Assembly: GCF_009914755.1 (NCBI RefSeq)
Contig: NC_060926.1
Reading direction: 5' to 3' (one strand)
DNA length: 64,000 nt
Source of the DNA: the human T2T-CHM13v2.0 reference genome, Homo sapiens
Positions 30,596-43,648 of this stretch are shown here, piece by piece. The translations under genes were made by a program, and so were the position numbers. Each line of letters starts with the position of its first letter. Position 1 is the stretch's first letter. Below the pieces are notes generated by a model that was given only the letters and a program-made list of their open reading frames with translations, was not told the origin of the DNA and searched no databases.

Positions 30596-32526
30596 GCACA
30601 ACTCTACATTGTTTGTGTATGACCATTTGTTTACCAAGAGCAGGGAGAGCTACCCTGTTGCGTGGGATGGAATGTGACTGGTCACTCGCTCTTGAGGCTT
30701 CCATGCCAACCCTGGGCCAGCATATTGAGCTCTGCCCACAACTAGGAGCAGGTGCAGCCTGGGCTCAGGCTTGCGGTGGCTGCTTTATCGATGCCACAAA
30801 CAGAATTGGACGCTGTCTGTATTTTTGGGCAGATGGTGTTAGGGAAGGGCAGAGCTAAATTTTCTATGACCATTGCTGGGTATGTGCACATAGGAAGACT
30901 CTTTGGCATCAGCAGCACTGTGTTTAGACATTCCGTGCATGGCAGAGGGATGCTGATATCAGGCTGTGGGGTAGGAGCGGTGGGGCCCATGGTGTTCCCT
31001 TTGCTGGGTCAACAGGCTCAGAGCAAGGCTCAGAAGGCTTGGAAGGTGGATATTGCTTCTCCCTACACTTGGGCAGAGACTTCCTCAGGCAGGCCAGGCC
31101 ACCTGTTTCCAGGAGAGTCAGTTCTGGGCAAAGTGTAGTCATTGTCAGGACATTGACCCTCAGCCTGTGTTTCAGCAAGTGATCACACAACTCTGCAGGA
31201 CCTAAACTGCTGCTGTTTGTTTTAACGTGGACTCACAGAGAACTCTTAGATACACAGGGGTTGTCACGCATCTCCTCCTGCCCCGTGGCATTGGATGTGA
31301 TAGGAAAGACGCAGGAAGTGTTAGGATGGGTAGGCATGGCATTCTAAACATTGGCTTATATGAAGAAAATTACTGTAGAGCTGAATAGTCATAATCCCTG
31401 TGCAAAGCAACATCAACACAGCAATTTCTGTATGTCAGCAGGACATCTACGTGTGTGAAATGAGTAAGGATGTGGCCTGGACACTCAGGACACTGGCATT
31501 GGGAGATCAGCCATAAAATTTGATATCTTACCAGCACATCAAGCTAGAAACATTTTTCTGCCATAATTGAAGTAGCCTTTTCTTAAATGGCAAACTGGGA
31601 TGTATGTGGAATTTTGCTGCAGAAAGTAGAAACAGAGTCTTTCTGGGTGGAGGAGACTGCAGAGCTCTGAACCTTGGACTAAGTCCCTTGTTAGACTCAC
31701 AGGCTGGTGAGACTACCTAGACGTCTTGAGAGTAGAAGGATTCAAGCAGCCCCTATTCCAGGTCCAGGATGTGCTCATGGAAGCAAAGGGTATCTTTGCA
31801 GTGTAGCTTAGTCCCTTGAAACACCACAGAGGCCAAGTTGAGTCTTGTTTCCTGCATGTGCCTGCTTGCTCTGCCCCATTCCACGAGCACAGGGTGAGCT
31901 CTTTGCCCCAGACAGCTCACAAGTTATTGCCTCTCACCAGGGATATGAGCAGGGCTGATTGGGATGAATTGTGTGAATCCTCTGCCATGTGCGGCAAAAT
32001 GCCTGAAGCACAGCCGTCTGCAGCTCACCCGTCCTTCCCTGCTCTGGAGGCAGTGCTTTCTGTAAGTGTAGGGATGGAAACACTTAATCTAGTGTAGGAA
32101 AGGTTAGTAGATATAAAGGGAATAGGAAGTTCCCATCTCTAGCAGGTTAGACTGACTTAAAAGGAAGTGGGATTTGTGGTTTGGTTTCCTTTTTTGTTTT
32201 CAAAAGATCAAAAGAAATGGCAATAGCCCATCAGTAAACCACATTTATTTGCAACTGAGATAAGAGAGATAAGATGGATACATAATACGTAATTCAGGAT
32301 TTTTTTCTCCTTAATACTAGAAAAAACAGCTCGCAGAAACCAAGCAACATAGTTCAGGTGCTCATTTTCCTTTGGCTGAGGCTGAACATGTTGCTCGCAG
32401 AGGCTCCTCATGTTTTCCTCCAGGTAAAGGAGGATGTGGCGGCTGTCAGAGCAGGAGAGTGTGTGGGGCAAGTCAAGAGCAGGACGGCTTAGGAAGAACT
32501 GCCGACAGCCTGGAGGCAGGCTGTCT

Positions 32527-32681
32527 ACACTTGCAGGCACACGCAGCCCTGCCGTCCACACCTGCAGGCACACGCAGCCCTGCCGTCCACACCTGCAGGC
32601 ACATGCAGCTCTGCCGTCTACACCTGCAGGCACACGCAGCCCTGGCATCCACATCTGCATGCACACGCAGCCCTGCTGTCT
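32527..32681. repeat. 31-bp GC-rich minisatellite, 5 copies
   Basis: Unit acacctgcaggcacacgcagccctgccgtcc starting at 32527, 32558, 32589, 32620 and 32651. Confidence 0.95.
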
Positions 32682-32708
32682 CTATGTCTATCCTGTGAGA
32701 GATCTGGG

Positions 32709-32718
32709 CTATAAATAG
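32709..32718. promoter_or_regulatory. Consensus MEF2 site CTATAAATAG
   Basis: Perfect YTA(A/T)4TAR match 27 bp after the E-box minisatellite. Function is inferred only. Confidence 0.45.
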
Positions 32719-32788
32719 CTGCACACTGTGGACAAGCGCAGGGAACTCCCTGGGAGGGGCTGGCCAAGGTGTGGCTACAGTGGCTTTT

Positions 32789-33263
32789 CTTTTTTTCTTT
32801 TTTTTCCTTCACATTTTAGTTTCTTTTTTTATTATTTTATTTTTTAAAACAATTTTTCCATAGGTTATTGGGGTACTGGTGGTGTTTGGTTACATGAGTA
32901 AATTCTTTAGCAGTGATTTGTGAGATTTTGGCACACCCATCACCCAAGCAGTATCCACTGCACTCTATTTGTAGTCTTTTATCCCTTGCCCCCTTCTACC
33001 CTTCCCCCCAAGTCCCCAAAGTCCATTGTATCATTCTTATGCCTTTGCGTCCTCATAGCTTAGCTTGCATATATTAGTGAAAACGTACAATGTTTGGTTT
33101 TCCATTCCTGAGTTACACCTAGAATAATAGTCTCCAACCTCATCCAGGTTGCTGTGAATGCCTTTAATTCATTCTTTTTAATGGCTGAGTAGTATTCCAT
33201 TGTATATATGTACCACAGTTTCTTTATCCACTTGTTGGTTGATGGGCATTTGGGTTGGATCCA
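32789..33263 (-). mobile_element. L1PB-type 3' end with TSD
   Basis: T-rich tail and ggttattggggtactggtggtgtttggttacatgag. TSD ctacagtggctttt / ctacagtggttttt. Confidence 0.85.
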
Positions 33264-34396
33264 CTACAGTGGTTTTTTAAAAGCTTCTCTGACTTTCCCT
33301 GGTATGTGACAAGTAGGCTTGCAGGAGAAAACCAAAAGCATAGCTTCCCAATAGGAAACCGAATATTTTACCTGAGTTCAGACTTAACATATTAAGAGCT
33401 CTGGTGTGTGGGAGGTTGGTGGTGGAAAAAAAAAGTAGTTAATATAAACTATTTGTTACTGATATGCCAGTCAGATGCATCTCTTGTACTAGAATTAGTG
33501 TCTTCAGTTTTGATGATCAAAAGACCCAGGTGCACTAGATCTGCCTTCTAAACAGCATAGACTAGTTACACTCATATTTCTAAAAGTACCTGCTTTGTAG
33601 ACTCGCTTTGTGCCTTCCATTGTCACAGTTGGGATTTGTCTGAAAAATCACTGTCATCCAGACACTGATCCTGTTATAATATGGGAACACCTTCCTTCAA
33701 ATTTTAATGTGGATTTTCCAACGTCCTTGGTCTGACATTTTCCACAAATGTCAAATGCCAGCATTAGTCAGCCTTGCTTAATATTATATAGAAAAGAGAT
33801 GTGACGGCTTTTATTTACAAAAATATTTTAAATGTGATTACTTTTCTTTCTCTGATTCTTCCTTGCAAGCTTATTTTCCCCGCATTGCTCTTCAGTGGAA
33901 ATGTGTCTAACTGGTTGTTAGAATCCATTTTAAAATGGGGCACTAATATGGGAGAAAATGAGGAAATCAAATCCCAAAGCCTGCTCCTTGAGTCTGGAAC
34001 ATCTTAGTTGGGTGAAGGCTGTGAGAATGTGAAGAGAGGAATGAGAATGTGAAGAGAGGAGACACAGAGCCATTTCTTTGGAGAGAGCCATTGCTTTCCT
34101 GTAAGTGTCCACCCAACCTGACGGACCTTGTTGTCCACCCAACCTCCAACCTTGTTGGAGACATTCTGGTTCACGGTCTAACACCTGCCCAGATAAATCA
34201 CCATCTCAGGAATACCTTTGGTGGAGCTTTTCTGAACAACCTTAAACTTCAAACTTGAATAAATGCTTCCCCACACTCCTATCGTTCCCTCAAAAAAAAA
34301 AAAATGTGCTGTTCTTCTAAGAAGTAAAATGACAGGCCTGGCAAACAAATGTTTTTACTCATATGACATACTATAATGAGGCATCATTAATCTTTA

Positions 34397-34627
<231 letters not shown>

Positions 34628-35119
34628 TTAGGTTTTGTCACAGTGAAAAGGCAGACTGAATTTCCATAAGCTTTATTCTCCTTTTTCAAAATATGTGTCT
34701 CATTACTATCTACTATTTACTCAGTACTAAGGGATTTAATTTCTTTGCAAATATTTCCTTTCATTGAAAACCATCCTATCCCCCAAATAGTCACTTTGCT
34801 CAGAACTAACTAGTAGTGAGTGGCCAAAAAATATTGTATTGGTTTTTTCACTAAGTTTTATAATTTTTTTTTTCTGAGCCATTTGTTTTCTTTACATTTT
34901 CGTGTATGGAAAGAGAAGCCTAATGTGCTTGACCTAGGCTAACGGTCTGTCCTGAAAAGAATTTTTACTTCCTAGAAGTAAAGGGCTGATGGGCAGGGGA
35001 AGGCGGTTGGCTTGACTGGACACTCAAAGAAGAAATTGTCCTCAATACGAACGAGCTTGAGCCTGGATTCACCTTCTGTTCTTGGCAAAACATTTTGTCA
35101 TGGGACTGTGGGGTGACTG

Positions 35120-35133
35120 GTGCCACCTCGTGG
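35120..35133 (-). promoter_or_regulatory. Candidate CTCF site (CCACGAGGTGGCAC)
   Basis: Close match to the CTCF core CCAC(C/T/G)AG(G/A)(T/G)GGC(G/A)C in unique sequence. Confidence 0.45.
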
Positions 35134-35344
35134 AGAGTTCCAGAAAGACACTGGGAGATGCATTGGAGGTCATCATTCCCTTACTCCTCTGAAATCTCAG
35201 GACTGGAAGACACCACAGCGAGTTTATTCTTTTGCCTCTTGGCCTGTCCTGAAATAGCCCAGTCACATGAGAATCTCTGATGCTTTAGAAGATTTCAGAG
35301 AGTAACATTTGCTAACCATTAGCAGGAGCTCGTGCCAAAGCTTA

Positions 35345-35610
35345 ATAATAATAATAATAATAACAAAATTAGCCCATGCTTATTAGTTGTTTGTCATGTT
35401 CCAGGCACTGTTTTCAGGACTTTTCCTCTGTTCGGTCCTCATGACTACTTTCTGAGGTAGGCACTTGGATCCTCTCTATTTTACCAATGAAGAAACTGAG
35501 ACAGAGCAGTACGAAAGTTGCTCAGGGTTACTCAATAAAGTGTAAAGTGTGAAACTTTGAGGCAGGATTTGAACCAGGGCAGTCAGAATCCAGGGGTGTG
35601 CCCTCAATCA
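35345..35610 (-). mobile_element. MIR
   Basis: ccaggcactg...attttaccaatgaagaaactgag...gcaggatttgaacc. Confidence 0.65.
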
Positions 35611-37319
35611 CATCCTACTTCCTGAAACTCAATTCTTGTGAATAAATATTTCCTTGGCATTAGATGAAATTCTCATTTTCAGATTAAACCCCTAATTACT
35701 TGTGGAAATAGGTAAACCCCCATGGTCATTCTCTGTTAATGATTGTTACTCAGTAGAGTACAGAGCACTGGGTATGTAGGATGTTTAATGATAAAAATTG
35801 TTATGACAATCTAAGAAAGTTATAAATGCTTGAGAAACCCAATCAGCATTTTATATATGTTGTTGACTAAATCAAACTATGAGTCTAGAAAATGAAAGGG
35901 AAGAGGGAATTATTGTATTTGGAAAGCAGAATGATGAAGTGTGTGCAGCAATGAGTGTTTGGAAATCAGAAAAGTGTAATCATGATATTGTAACAGCAGA
36001 AAGAATTAAGGCTGTGTCAGAAAATTGGAGAAAAAATGGAAAACAAGTCTGAGAAAATGAAGAATGGAGATAAAGAATGTGGACGATTATGCATTAGTTG
36101 TTCTGTAATCTGAAGCATAATTTTATGGGAAAACAATAGCATACTAATGTAAAGAAGAGCAAACTAATTTTTCAAAAACACAATTTTAAATCATTTAAAG
36201 TAACTTCTAGCTTTTCTCAGAAAGATTGTCTAAATATTTTGATGAATGCAATAATATTTATGAGACTACTTTGAAAGTACATTACAATATTATGACAAAT
36301 ATTACTCTTTAGCAAATGTGGAAGTGGCAAATTTCCCTTTTCCCAGATATAATATGGAGAAAGTTAAGAGTACATGTTGGACTCTGGAATGCACCTGTGA
36401 TAGCTGGTCACGCTGCACTAATCCTCATATTTCGTCCTTTAGCAAGACATAGAGGACTTCACTGAAGTAGAGAAAGCCCTCAGACACTTCGATTTCTAAG
36501 GTTCCTCGTTGTTAAAATTAATACATATGAAAACAAGTTTGCAAATATTGTAGCATTTTTAGTGTTTATATTTAATATATTAACTCTCTATGCTTTTACA
36601 ATTCATACATAAATGAATGACCCTATATACAACATGATTTGTAGATATCATGCAAAGGCTAATTGGGAGTCTTTTATGAATGCAGGGCTAAAGTCAAATC
36701 ATCCTAATGGACCCCGACAGCATTCGTAGCATGAGGGAGCATTGAGATTCCATCCTAAGAGGTTAATCAGCTGCCTGTTCTCACACAGCCAGCTTCTTAA
36801 GAGTCTAGCTCTTTCTCCTTGGTTGTAATTTTTGACCCCCTAAATTAAAGCCTAGAGATGCTCCTTAAATATTGCAGAGGCAAGTCTTTTTCCAAAGGAG
36901 TTCCAGAAATAATGCTATAAGGATGGGTTGTGTTCTAGGTGGCTGAACGATGAAAGCTGAATGAGCCATTCAGCTTTCCAATCTCCTACAATAATTGAGC
37001 GCTATGGAATAATTGTTAAAAGTTTTGCTGAGGAATTAATGTTTGAGGAAGACAGTTAAGGCAGTGTTTTATTAAGAACCATGTTCTCAGTTGGATTTAG
37101 CAGGGCTGCTTGTGGGTGGGGAAAAGGGAGGAAGCTTCAGCAGGTGCACTTCAGGTGCCTGCCGTAGCATCGATAAGTTCCAGTGCCATTTTATCAGTTT
37201 TGCCTAAGATTGTGCTCCATACAAAAATTTCATTACCATATTTTTCTAAAATCATTTGTCTAAGAAAATGTTATCCATTATTTCAAAATTTCATGTATGA
37301 GTTAGAACATCACAAAACG

Positions 37320-37750
37320 GTATATTCCCAGTAGTTTCATTCATAATAGTTAGAACAACCCAAATGTTTATCAGTGGATAAACAGATAAACAAATTTTGA
37401 TATACTCATACGATGGAATAATGCTCAGCAATAAAAAGGAATGAAGTGTGAACACATCTTGAGAACATGAATGCATTCTCAGGCATTATGTTGAGTAAAA
37501 ACATTCCCAAACAAAAGACTGTATACTGCTATGATTCCATTTATAATGACGTTCTAAGGACAAAACTGAGCTATAGTGATAGATGCTTTGGGTAGGAGAG
37601 TGAAGAGGCATAAAGAACCTCTTTGAGTGATGCATACATTCTATTTTTAATTGGTTGTGGCTACACTGATGTTTACATTTGTCAAAACCCATCAAATCTT
37701 ACACTTGAAATCTGTACATTTTACTCTATGTAAAGTATATGTAAATTAAA
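37320..37750 (+). mobile_element. L1M 3' end fragment
   Basis: aacaacccaaatgtttatcagtggataaac...gcaataaaaaggaatga...tgattccatttat. Confidence 0.7.
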
Positions 37751-39625
37751 AGAATGAGAAAGAGGAACAATAAACCTGGAATACTTTTGCCCATTAGGAA
37801 AACCTTCAGACTATGGCAGTTTAATATCATATCTTCAAACTTTAGGTATGGGCTGATTTAAGAAATGTTTATATGAAGATGTTTTATGTATTTTCTGCAA
37901 AAGCCTTTTGTAGGGGTATGGTCAGTCAGGGTATTCAGTGTCCCTGTGCAGATCTGCAGAAGGCATTCCCAGTATCTCCCTTGAAGAATTGCTTCGTTTC
38001 TTCTTCAAAAATTACAGTAAATACATAGCTTATCAAATTTCTTTTTTGTTCTTTCTTCTGGACATGTCTGCTCTAAATTCACCGTTTCATGAATGCTGCT
38101 ATCCTTAGCACACTTACCCAGGCCCCAGATTTTTTCTTTGATTCTATACTTAGCACAAATGTGACCTGCTGCCTTCTAGGCAGCTCCACCTAGAAAAGTA
38201 ACCTAGTCCCCCACTGCTTCCTGGAAACATTTTCCCTGTTGCAGAATGTTTGGGAATGTTTTCAGCTTAACCTATGAGACTCGTGCTCTCAGGGTTCAGT
38301 CTGAGTTATTCCACAGGCTCAACGTTTGACCTTGGTGGACAAATAAGTGACAGCAATCCTCATTTCCATCCTCTGTTGAAAATAGCCACAATGAGGAAGC
38401 CGATGCTATCATCCTTAACATTTTATGATGTTTACTTTCTAATTCTATGTAGATGCCCTGCTAAATATTGCACTACCTTTAGAGTGTGTGCAGCCTTTAC
38501 GTAGAAAAAGGACGATTTTGTTTTCTGATTCTAGTTTACTTTTCACCTTAACTTCATAATGAGTGTTTTGACTGTGCAGTTCTATGGCTTTTCTTATGCC
38601 CATGGAAAACTGAAATGAGTTGCCTCTGCATTTGTGTGGAAGCATGACTAAAGGAGGCCATTGAATCATCTCGAATTTATGATTCTTCCCCAAGTAACCT
38701 ATAACTGCTCATGACTCAAGTTGTGAAAGCCCATTTAAAGGCAGTCGAGTTACATCTAAGAAGTGAAAGATCAAGTCTGTCATTTTTAAATAATCCAAAA
38801 CACTCTCTTTTTAAAAAAAAATACATGTAAGAGTATATGTGCTTCTAGACAATAATAAAGCAGTTTGATACTTTGCCTAACTTTTTTAGGAAAAAAGTTT
38901 TCATTTCTCGGGCTAAATTTTTCTCTTCTATGGATTTGTTTTTAAATCTGGTTCTTACGGTATAGTGAAAAGATCTTTAGAATATGCCTCCATTTTTCAC
39001 TCTTGTGTTTGTGAAACAGTGAGGATATACAATTTTATGTCTCAGTTTTTGACTTGGTCTTGGGGGAATCTGTTTTGTTTCCATACTGTGATTGTTTCCA
39101 TAGTGTTATCATCAGCAATTGCATTCCCAATGGCCATTTGTCACTAAATTTTACGTGCCCTTTGTTTCAGAAAGAGAAAACATGCTTTCCAAATTGAATT
39201 CACGGCATTTAAAGGGCAAAGTTTTGTAAGAGAACCCATGCAAAATTATACGTTTCAATCATTGTTTCACATACTGCCAATAACAAGAGATCCAACATGT
39301 TCTTGGTGTGACTCAATTATCTTTCTGCAGTTTCACTGTGGTCACAAATCTTCATGGATTCGGGGCTGGGTTTTGATTCTGCCTCCAGTGAAATATTTTA
39401 TATATTTTCTGGACTTCAAAAAATAGGTATTATAAAATTCAATTGGAAATAAATGTGTGCTTTCCAAATGTATGACCAAATTTAAATGTAATTTTATTTT
39501 AAAACAATTTACTATCTATATATTGCAGTATTTTCTATTCTTGCTAAAGTCACTGTGGCAAGTAGGTTTGTAACTCATTGTTATTCAAGCCAGTTATTGT
39601 TTATGTTTTTAAAAGTCCTGAGATA

Positions 39626-39693
39626 TCAAAATATAGATGTTGTAAATCCTTTTACCTAATCAAAATACAGATGTTGTAAATCCTTTTACCTAA
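39626..39693. repeat. 34-bp tandem duplication (1 mismatch)
   Basis: tcaaaata(t/c)agatgttgtaaatccttttacctaa x2. Confidence 0.9.
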
Positions 39694-39699
39694 AGACTC

Positions 39700-40920
39700 C
39701 GTTCAAGTTTTTCTAACTATTCCATTAATGTCCTCTATAGCAAAAAAAAAAAAAAAAAAAAAAAAAATTCTAAATCATGCTTTGTATTTAGTTGTTGCTT
39801 GAGTCTCCATTAAACCAGAGTTAAGTCCATTTTTGTGCTTCATAACCTTGACACTTTTGAAAAAAGTACAGGCCTGTGATTTTTGTAGAAAGGTCTTGAA
39901 TTTGAGTTTGATTTTTTTCTTTAATGATTGAGTTTAGGCTCTGTATTTTTGGCTCTAAGATCATAGCATTGATGCTGTGTGATTCTCACTGCATCCCATC
40001 AAGTGATGTGTGATATCAATTTGTCATGTCACTGGTGATGTTAACTTTGATTACTTGAATAAGGCAATATTTGCTGGGTTTCTGTAGTATGAGGTTACTA
40101 TTTTCTCCGTCAAAATTAATAAGCATTTTATTGGAAGAGATTTTGAACTTATGTAAATATACTCTGTTTCATTCAATTTTATCCACTGGATTTAGCATTC
40201 ATTTTTATTTCTTCTCCGAATTATTTTTAAGTGATTGTCAAATGGTGATTTCTAATTCTGCCATCCCTCTACACTTATAAGTTAGTGTTCTGTTGTAAGG
40301 AAAAGCTTCCCTTTCCCTATTCATTTATTCACTCATTTATTTATATCACTGTGAGTTCCTATTTTATTCAATGGGAAATAATGTACCACTATCATTATTC
40401 ATTTTGTGATCAGATTGTCTTAGTTTAAGCTATGGGAGGCCCCATCAAGCTGGCTTCCAAAACACCCCTGTCATTCTTTGAACACATCTTTACTTTCTGG
40501 GGTAACAAGATTTTCCAGGTTCATCTTGTATTTTATGCCCCAGCCTGGATTCAACAATTTCTTTGAGAATCCCGGTTTCATGGTGTTTAGGCATCAAGAT
40601 CTGGACACTTGGTATACTCTATGCGACTGGATGTTGGTGTTGCCAGATGCTCTCAAGAAAGAGAGCCACAAAATATATCTAGGTATATATACACATGTGT
40701 ATTTTAAAACATGCACACACACATTTACTTCTATATTTATTTCTGTATTATCTATCAGTGAAAAACCATGAAGTCACACTGATATATCCAATTCTAATCA
40801 AATTCTAATCACTGTAGGGTTTATTTTAGCTTTCCTCCTTTTCAAATTTGTAACTATTTCCTGGCAGTCAGAAACATGGCTCCCATTGGCCATTCACTTA
40901 TTTGATCAGTCTACCTGAAT
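39700..40920 (-). mobile_element. L1MC-type 3' fragment containing an A26 tract (39742-39767)
   Basis: ctggtgatgttaactttgattacttg and similar L1MC 3' UTR motifs. Confidence 0.6.
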
Positions 40921-41034
40921 ACAGTGTCCTTCTGTTTCCTCTCTTGACCACATGTCTCATGCAGGCTGCCATGATTAATTCTTGCTTCCATATCCACTAA
41001 ACCATTGGCCTTTGGTGTAAATTCCTTCTCATTG

Positions 41035-41067
41035 TCTGTCTCTCTCTCTCTCTCTTTGTCTACACAT

Positions 41068-41110
<43 letters not shown>
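41035..41110. repeat. (CT)n-(CA)n compound microsatellite
   Basis: Seen directly. Confidence 0.92.
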
Positions 41111-41113
<3 letters not shown>

Positions 41114-43427
41114 GTTTACCCCATGGGTGAGATATAAACTGATCTGATACAAATTAAATGGACAGTATCTTCAATTAGTGAACAAGTTAAAGACTATAGT
41201 GATAGAAATGACTACTTTTCCTTCTTTTAAATGGAATTTCCCTTCAAATAATGACAATATTTAAATATAAGTTAATTCTTTCCTATTAAAAATCATCTAC
41301 CTGATTACCTGCAATACATTTTCCTAATACTCAAAGTTCAGTGATGGGTTTTTCAATTTTTGAAAAGATAAATTTAAGGCTACTAGTTTTTCACAAAGGC
41401 AATTTCCTTTTTCCATTAAAATATCTGAAAGCACAAGAGAGTCACATGATGCAAGGAAGATAAAAACCATATCAGCAAATAATACAAAGTTTTGCAAGGT
41501 GTTTGCATAAGGCAAATGATATTATGCAAATGCCTAAGCCAAACCTTTACATCAACAGGCAACACTGTCTATATATTTGCTGGAAAATGTATTGAAATGC
41601 ACAGAGTTGCTAGACAACACATGGAATTGCCATATTGTTGTCAAAATCTGAGGTATGGCGTTGTAAGGAGTTTGCTTGCAGGCTGTGGCTTTACTATTTC
41701 TCTGTGATTAGTTGTTTCTCAGTGGCTATATTGCTCTACTCTGTGAGCCAATATTTGCATTTATATTACAGACCACGGTGTGAAGGATGTTTCTTATTAG
41801 CGAAGCATCTATTTGATTCTTCATTGCTCTGTAGCTTGTGTCATGATTACAAGGAAGTTTAAACTCCGATACTGACACACCACAACATATTTATGAGCCC
41901 TTCTTCTTTTGTGTTTACTTTTCAAGATTCTTTATGAAATTGATGGCCCAGGAGAGAGAGGGCATCCTAAATGCTGTAGGACCACAATTAACGTGAGAAA
42001 TGTAATTGATGACTGGGCTCTTAAAAGCTACTCTCTGCCAATATGCCTCAGTCTCTGCTCCTAGTCTCAGACTTGCATTTAGCTTTCAGACATTCTAGCA
42101 ATTAGACTATGGAGATTTTATACCTAACAGTTCAACTCATTAATTCAATGAGTGTAATAGATCCTTGGCATGTTTGGATTGAAATTTTGGACAAATAACA
42201 AGTGCTCTCAAGTAGATTTTGCTTTAGGACAAATTTGAATCCATCAGGCTGTGTGTGCGGTTTGTGTATGGAGCCTGTTGCTTACTGGTGACTCTGCCCA
42301 GCGGACCCTGGAGCCTGCTGCTCAGCGTAGTGGCATTGTTTCCTTCTGGCAATTACGGTAACAGTTACATGGGAAAGGACATGCTTAGTGGTATTCTCCA
42401 GTTTCAGGATTCACAGAGCTTTTCTGTCACTTGTTAAGGTCATGGGTCCAAAACTGTAATACTTCATCTAATTCCAAGAGTGTTTGGAACCAGTGGATTA
42501 CAGTTACGTTGTAATTGTTGCTAAATTGGGATGTTGCCCTCTAGTTAGTGGTTAGGCATTTGTTATTTCCCTCCCTCTGTCCCTCCTTCCTTCCTTCCTC
42601 CCTTCCTCCCTTCCTTCATTCTCTCTCTTTCTTTTTTTCTTTCATTTAATATGGCTGTTGATCTCTAATCCATGATTTTATATTACACAAAATCTTTTAT
42701 CATCAATCTTCCTCCCTCATTTATTCAAGACAATGTTTTCTCTATGCTGTAATCAATCTTTAGTGTGTATATATATATATATATATTTAGATTCTGAAGA
42801 ATCACGTATATTCTTTTATGTTTGTTCAGTGTTTTCATCTCCGTTCTTGTCTAGTGCTTACTTTGGTTTCTATTTGTATAACCATATTTAATTGCAGCAT
42901 TAGTTAGCTGGGTTATAATAGTATAACAAGAGTCAGAAAGACCCGGGCTGAAAATCAGCTCTGAAAACCACTGTCTGTGTCTGTGTATATCTAAAACCAG
43001 GTGGTAAGTGTACCTATTTCAATGTTTATTCTATGTATTGAAAGAAATAACATAGTATAGTGCTCATCCCAAACCATTTGTGCAGTAAAAAAGAAAAAAA
43101 AAGTTAGAATATAAATTCTACAAGTGCTGAGATATTCACTAATGTTCACAAGCACTTACTACAGTCCTTGGCACCCAGGAAACACTCAATAAATACCTGT
43201 CAGTGATTGCTGTTCTTAGGCTACTATAGCCCTCCTCTCAATGCTTTGAAGATGAAAGATAAAAGAAATATCTATAAAGTACATAATAAAAGGTCTGACG
43301 TAGAGTATTTGATTTTGCTAGAAATGTATTTGCAGGAGCTTGTCATCCGGTCAATGATTGGTTTAGATAGCGTTCTTGAGAAAACATCTTCAGAAAGGCT
43401 AACAGTCTTCTGTTTCATCCTTCTCAG

Positions 43428-43648
43428 GCATCCTATTTTCATTGGTGGTGATGCTGTATGTCATCTGGGTCCAGGCAGTGGCTGACATGGAAAGCTACCG
43501 AAACATGAAAATGAAGGACTGCCTGGATTTCACCCCTTCTGTTCTGTATGGCTGGTCATTTTTCCTGGCCCCAGCTGGGATATTTTTTTCTTTGCTAGCT
43601 GGATTACTATTTCTGGTTGTTGGACGGCATATTCAGATACATCACTAA
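43428..43648 (+). CDS. TMEM182: TMEM182 terminal coding exon (probably exon 5), ending at stop TAA
   Basis: Branch-point-like CTAAC (43399-43403), pyrimidine tract, ctcAG acceptor. G|GC ATC CTA... gives [73 protein letters not shown], including the claudin-like YGWSFFLA motif. TAA at 43646-43648. Confidence 0.96.

Noticed and set aside
30613-31190. Cluster of 80-130 aa ORFs in a GC-richer patch
   Set aside because: No homology recognised, and no consistent splice signals or frame.
32527-32681. CRISPR-like appearance of 31-bp repeats
   Set aside because: Units are head-to-tail with no spacers, in eukaryotic context with no cas genes.
32208-32812. Several overlapping ORFs with repetitive Cys/Ala/His-rich peptides
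   Set aside because: Artefacts of the stop-poor GC-rich 31-bp minisatellite.
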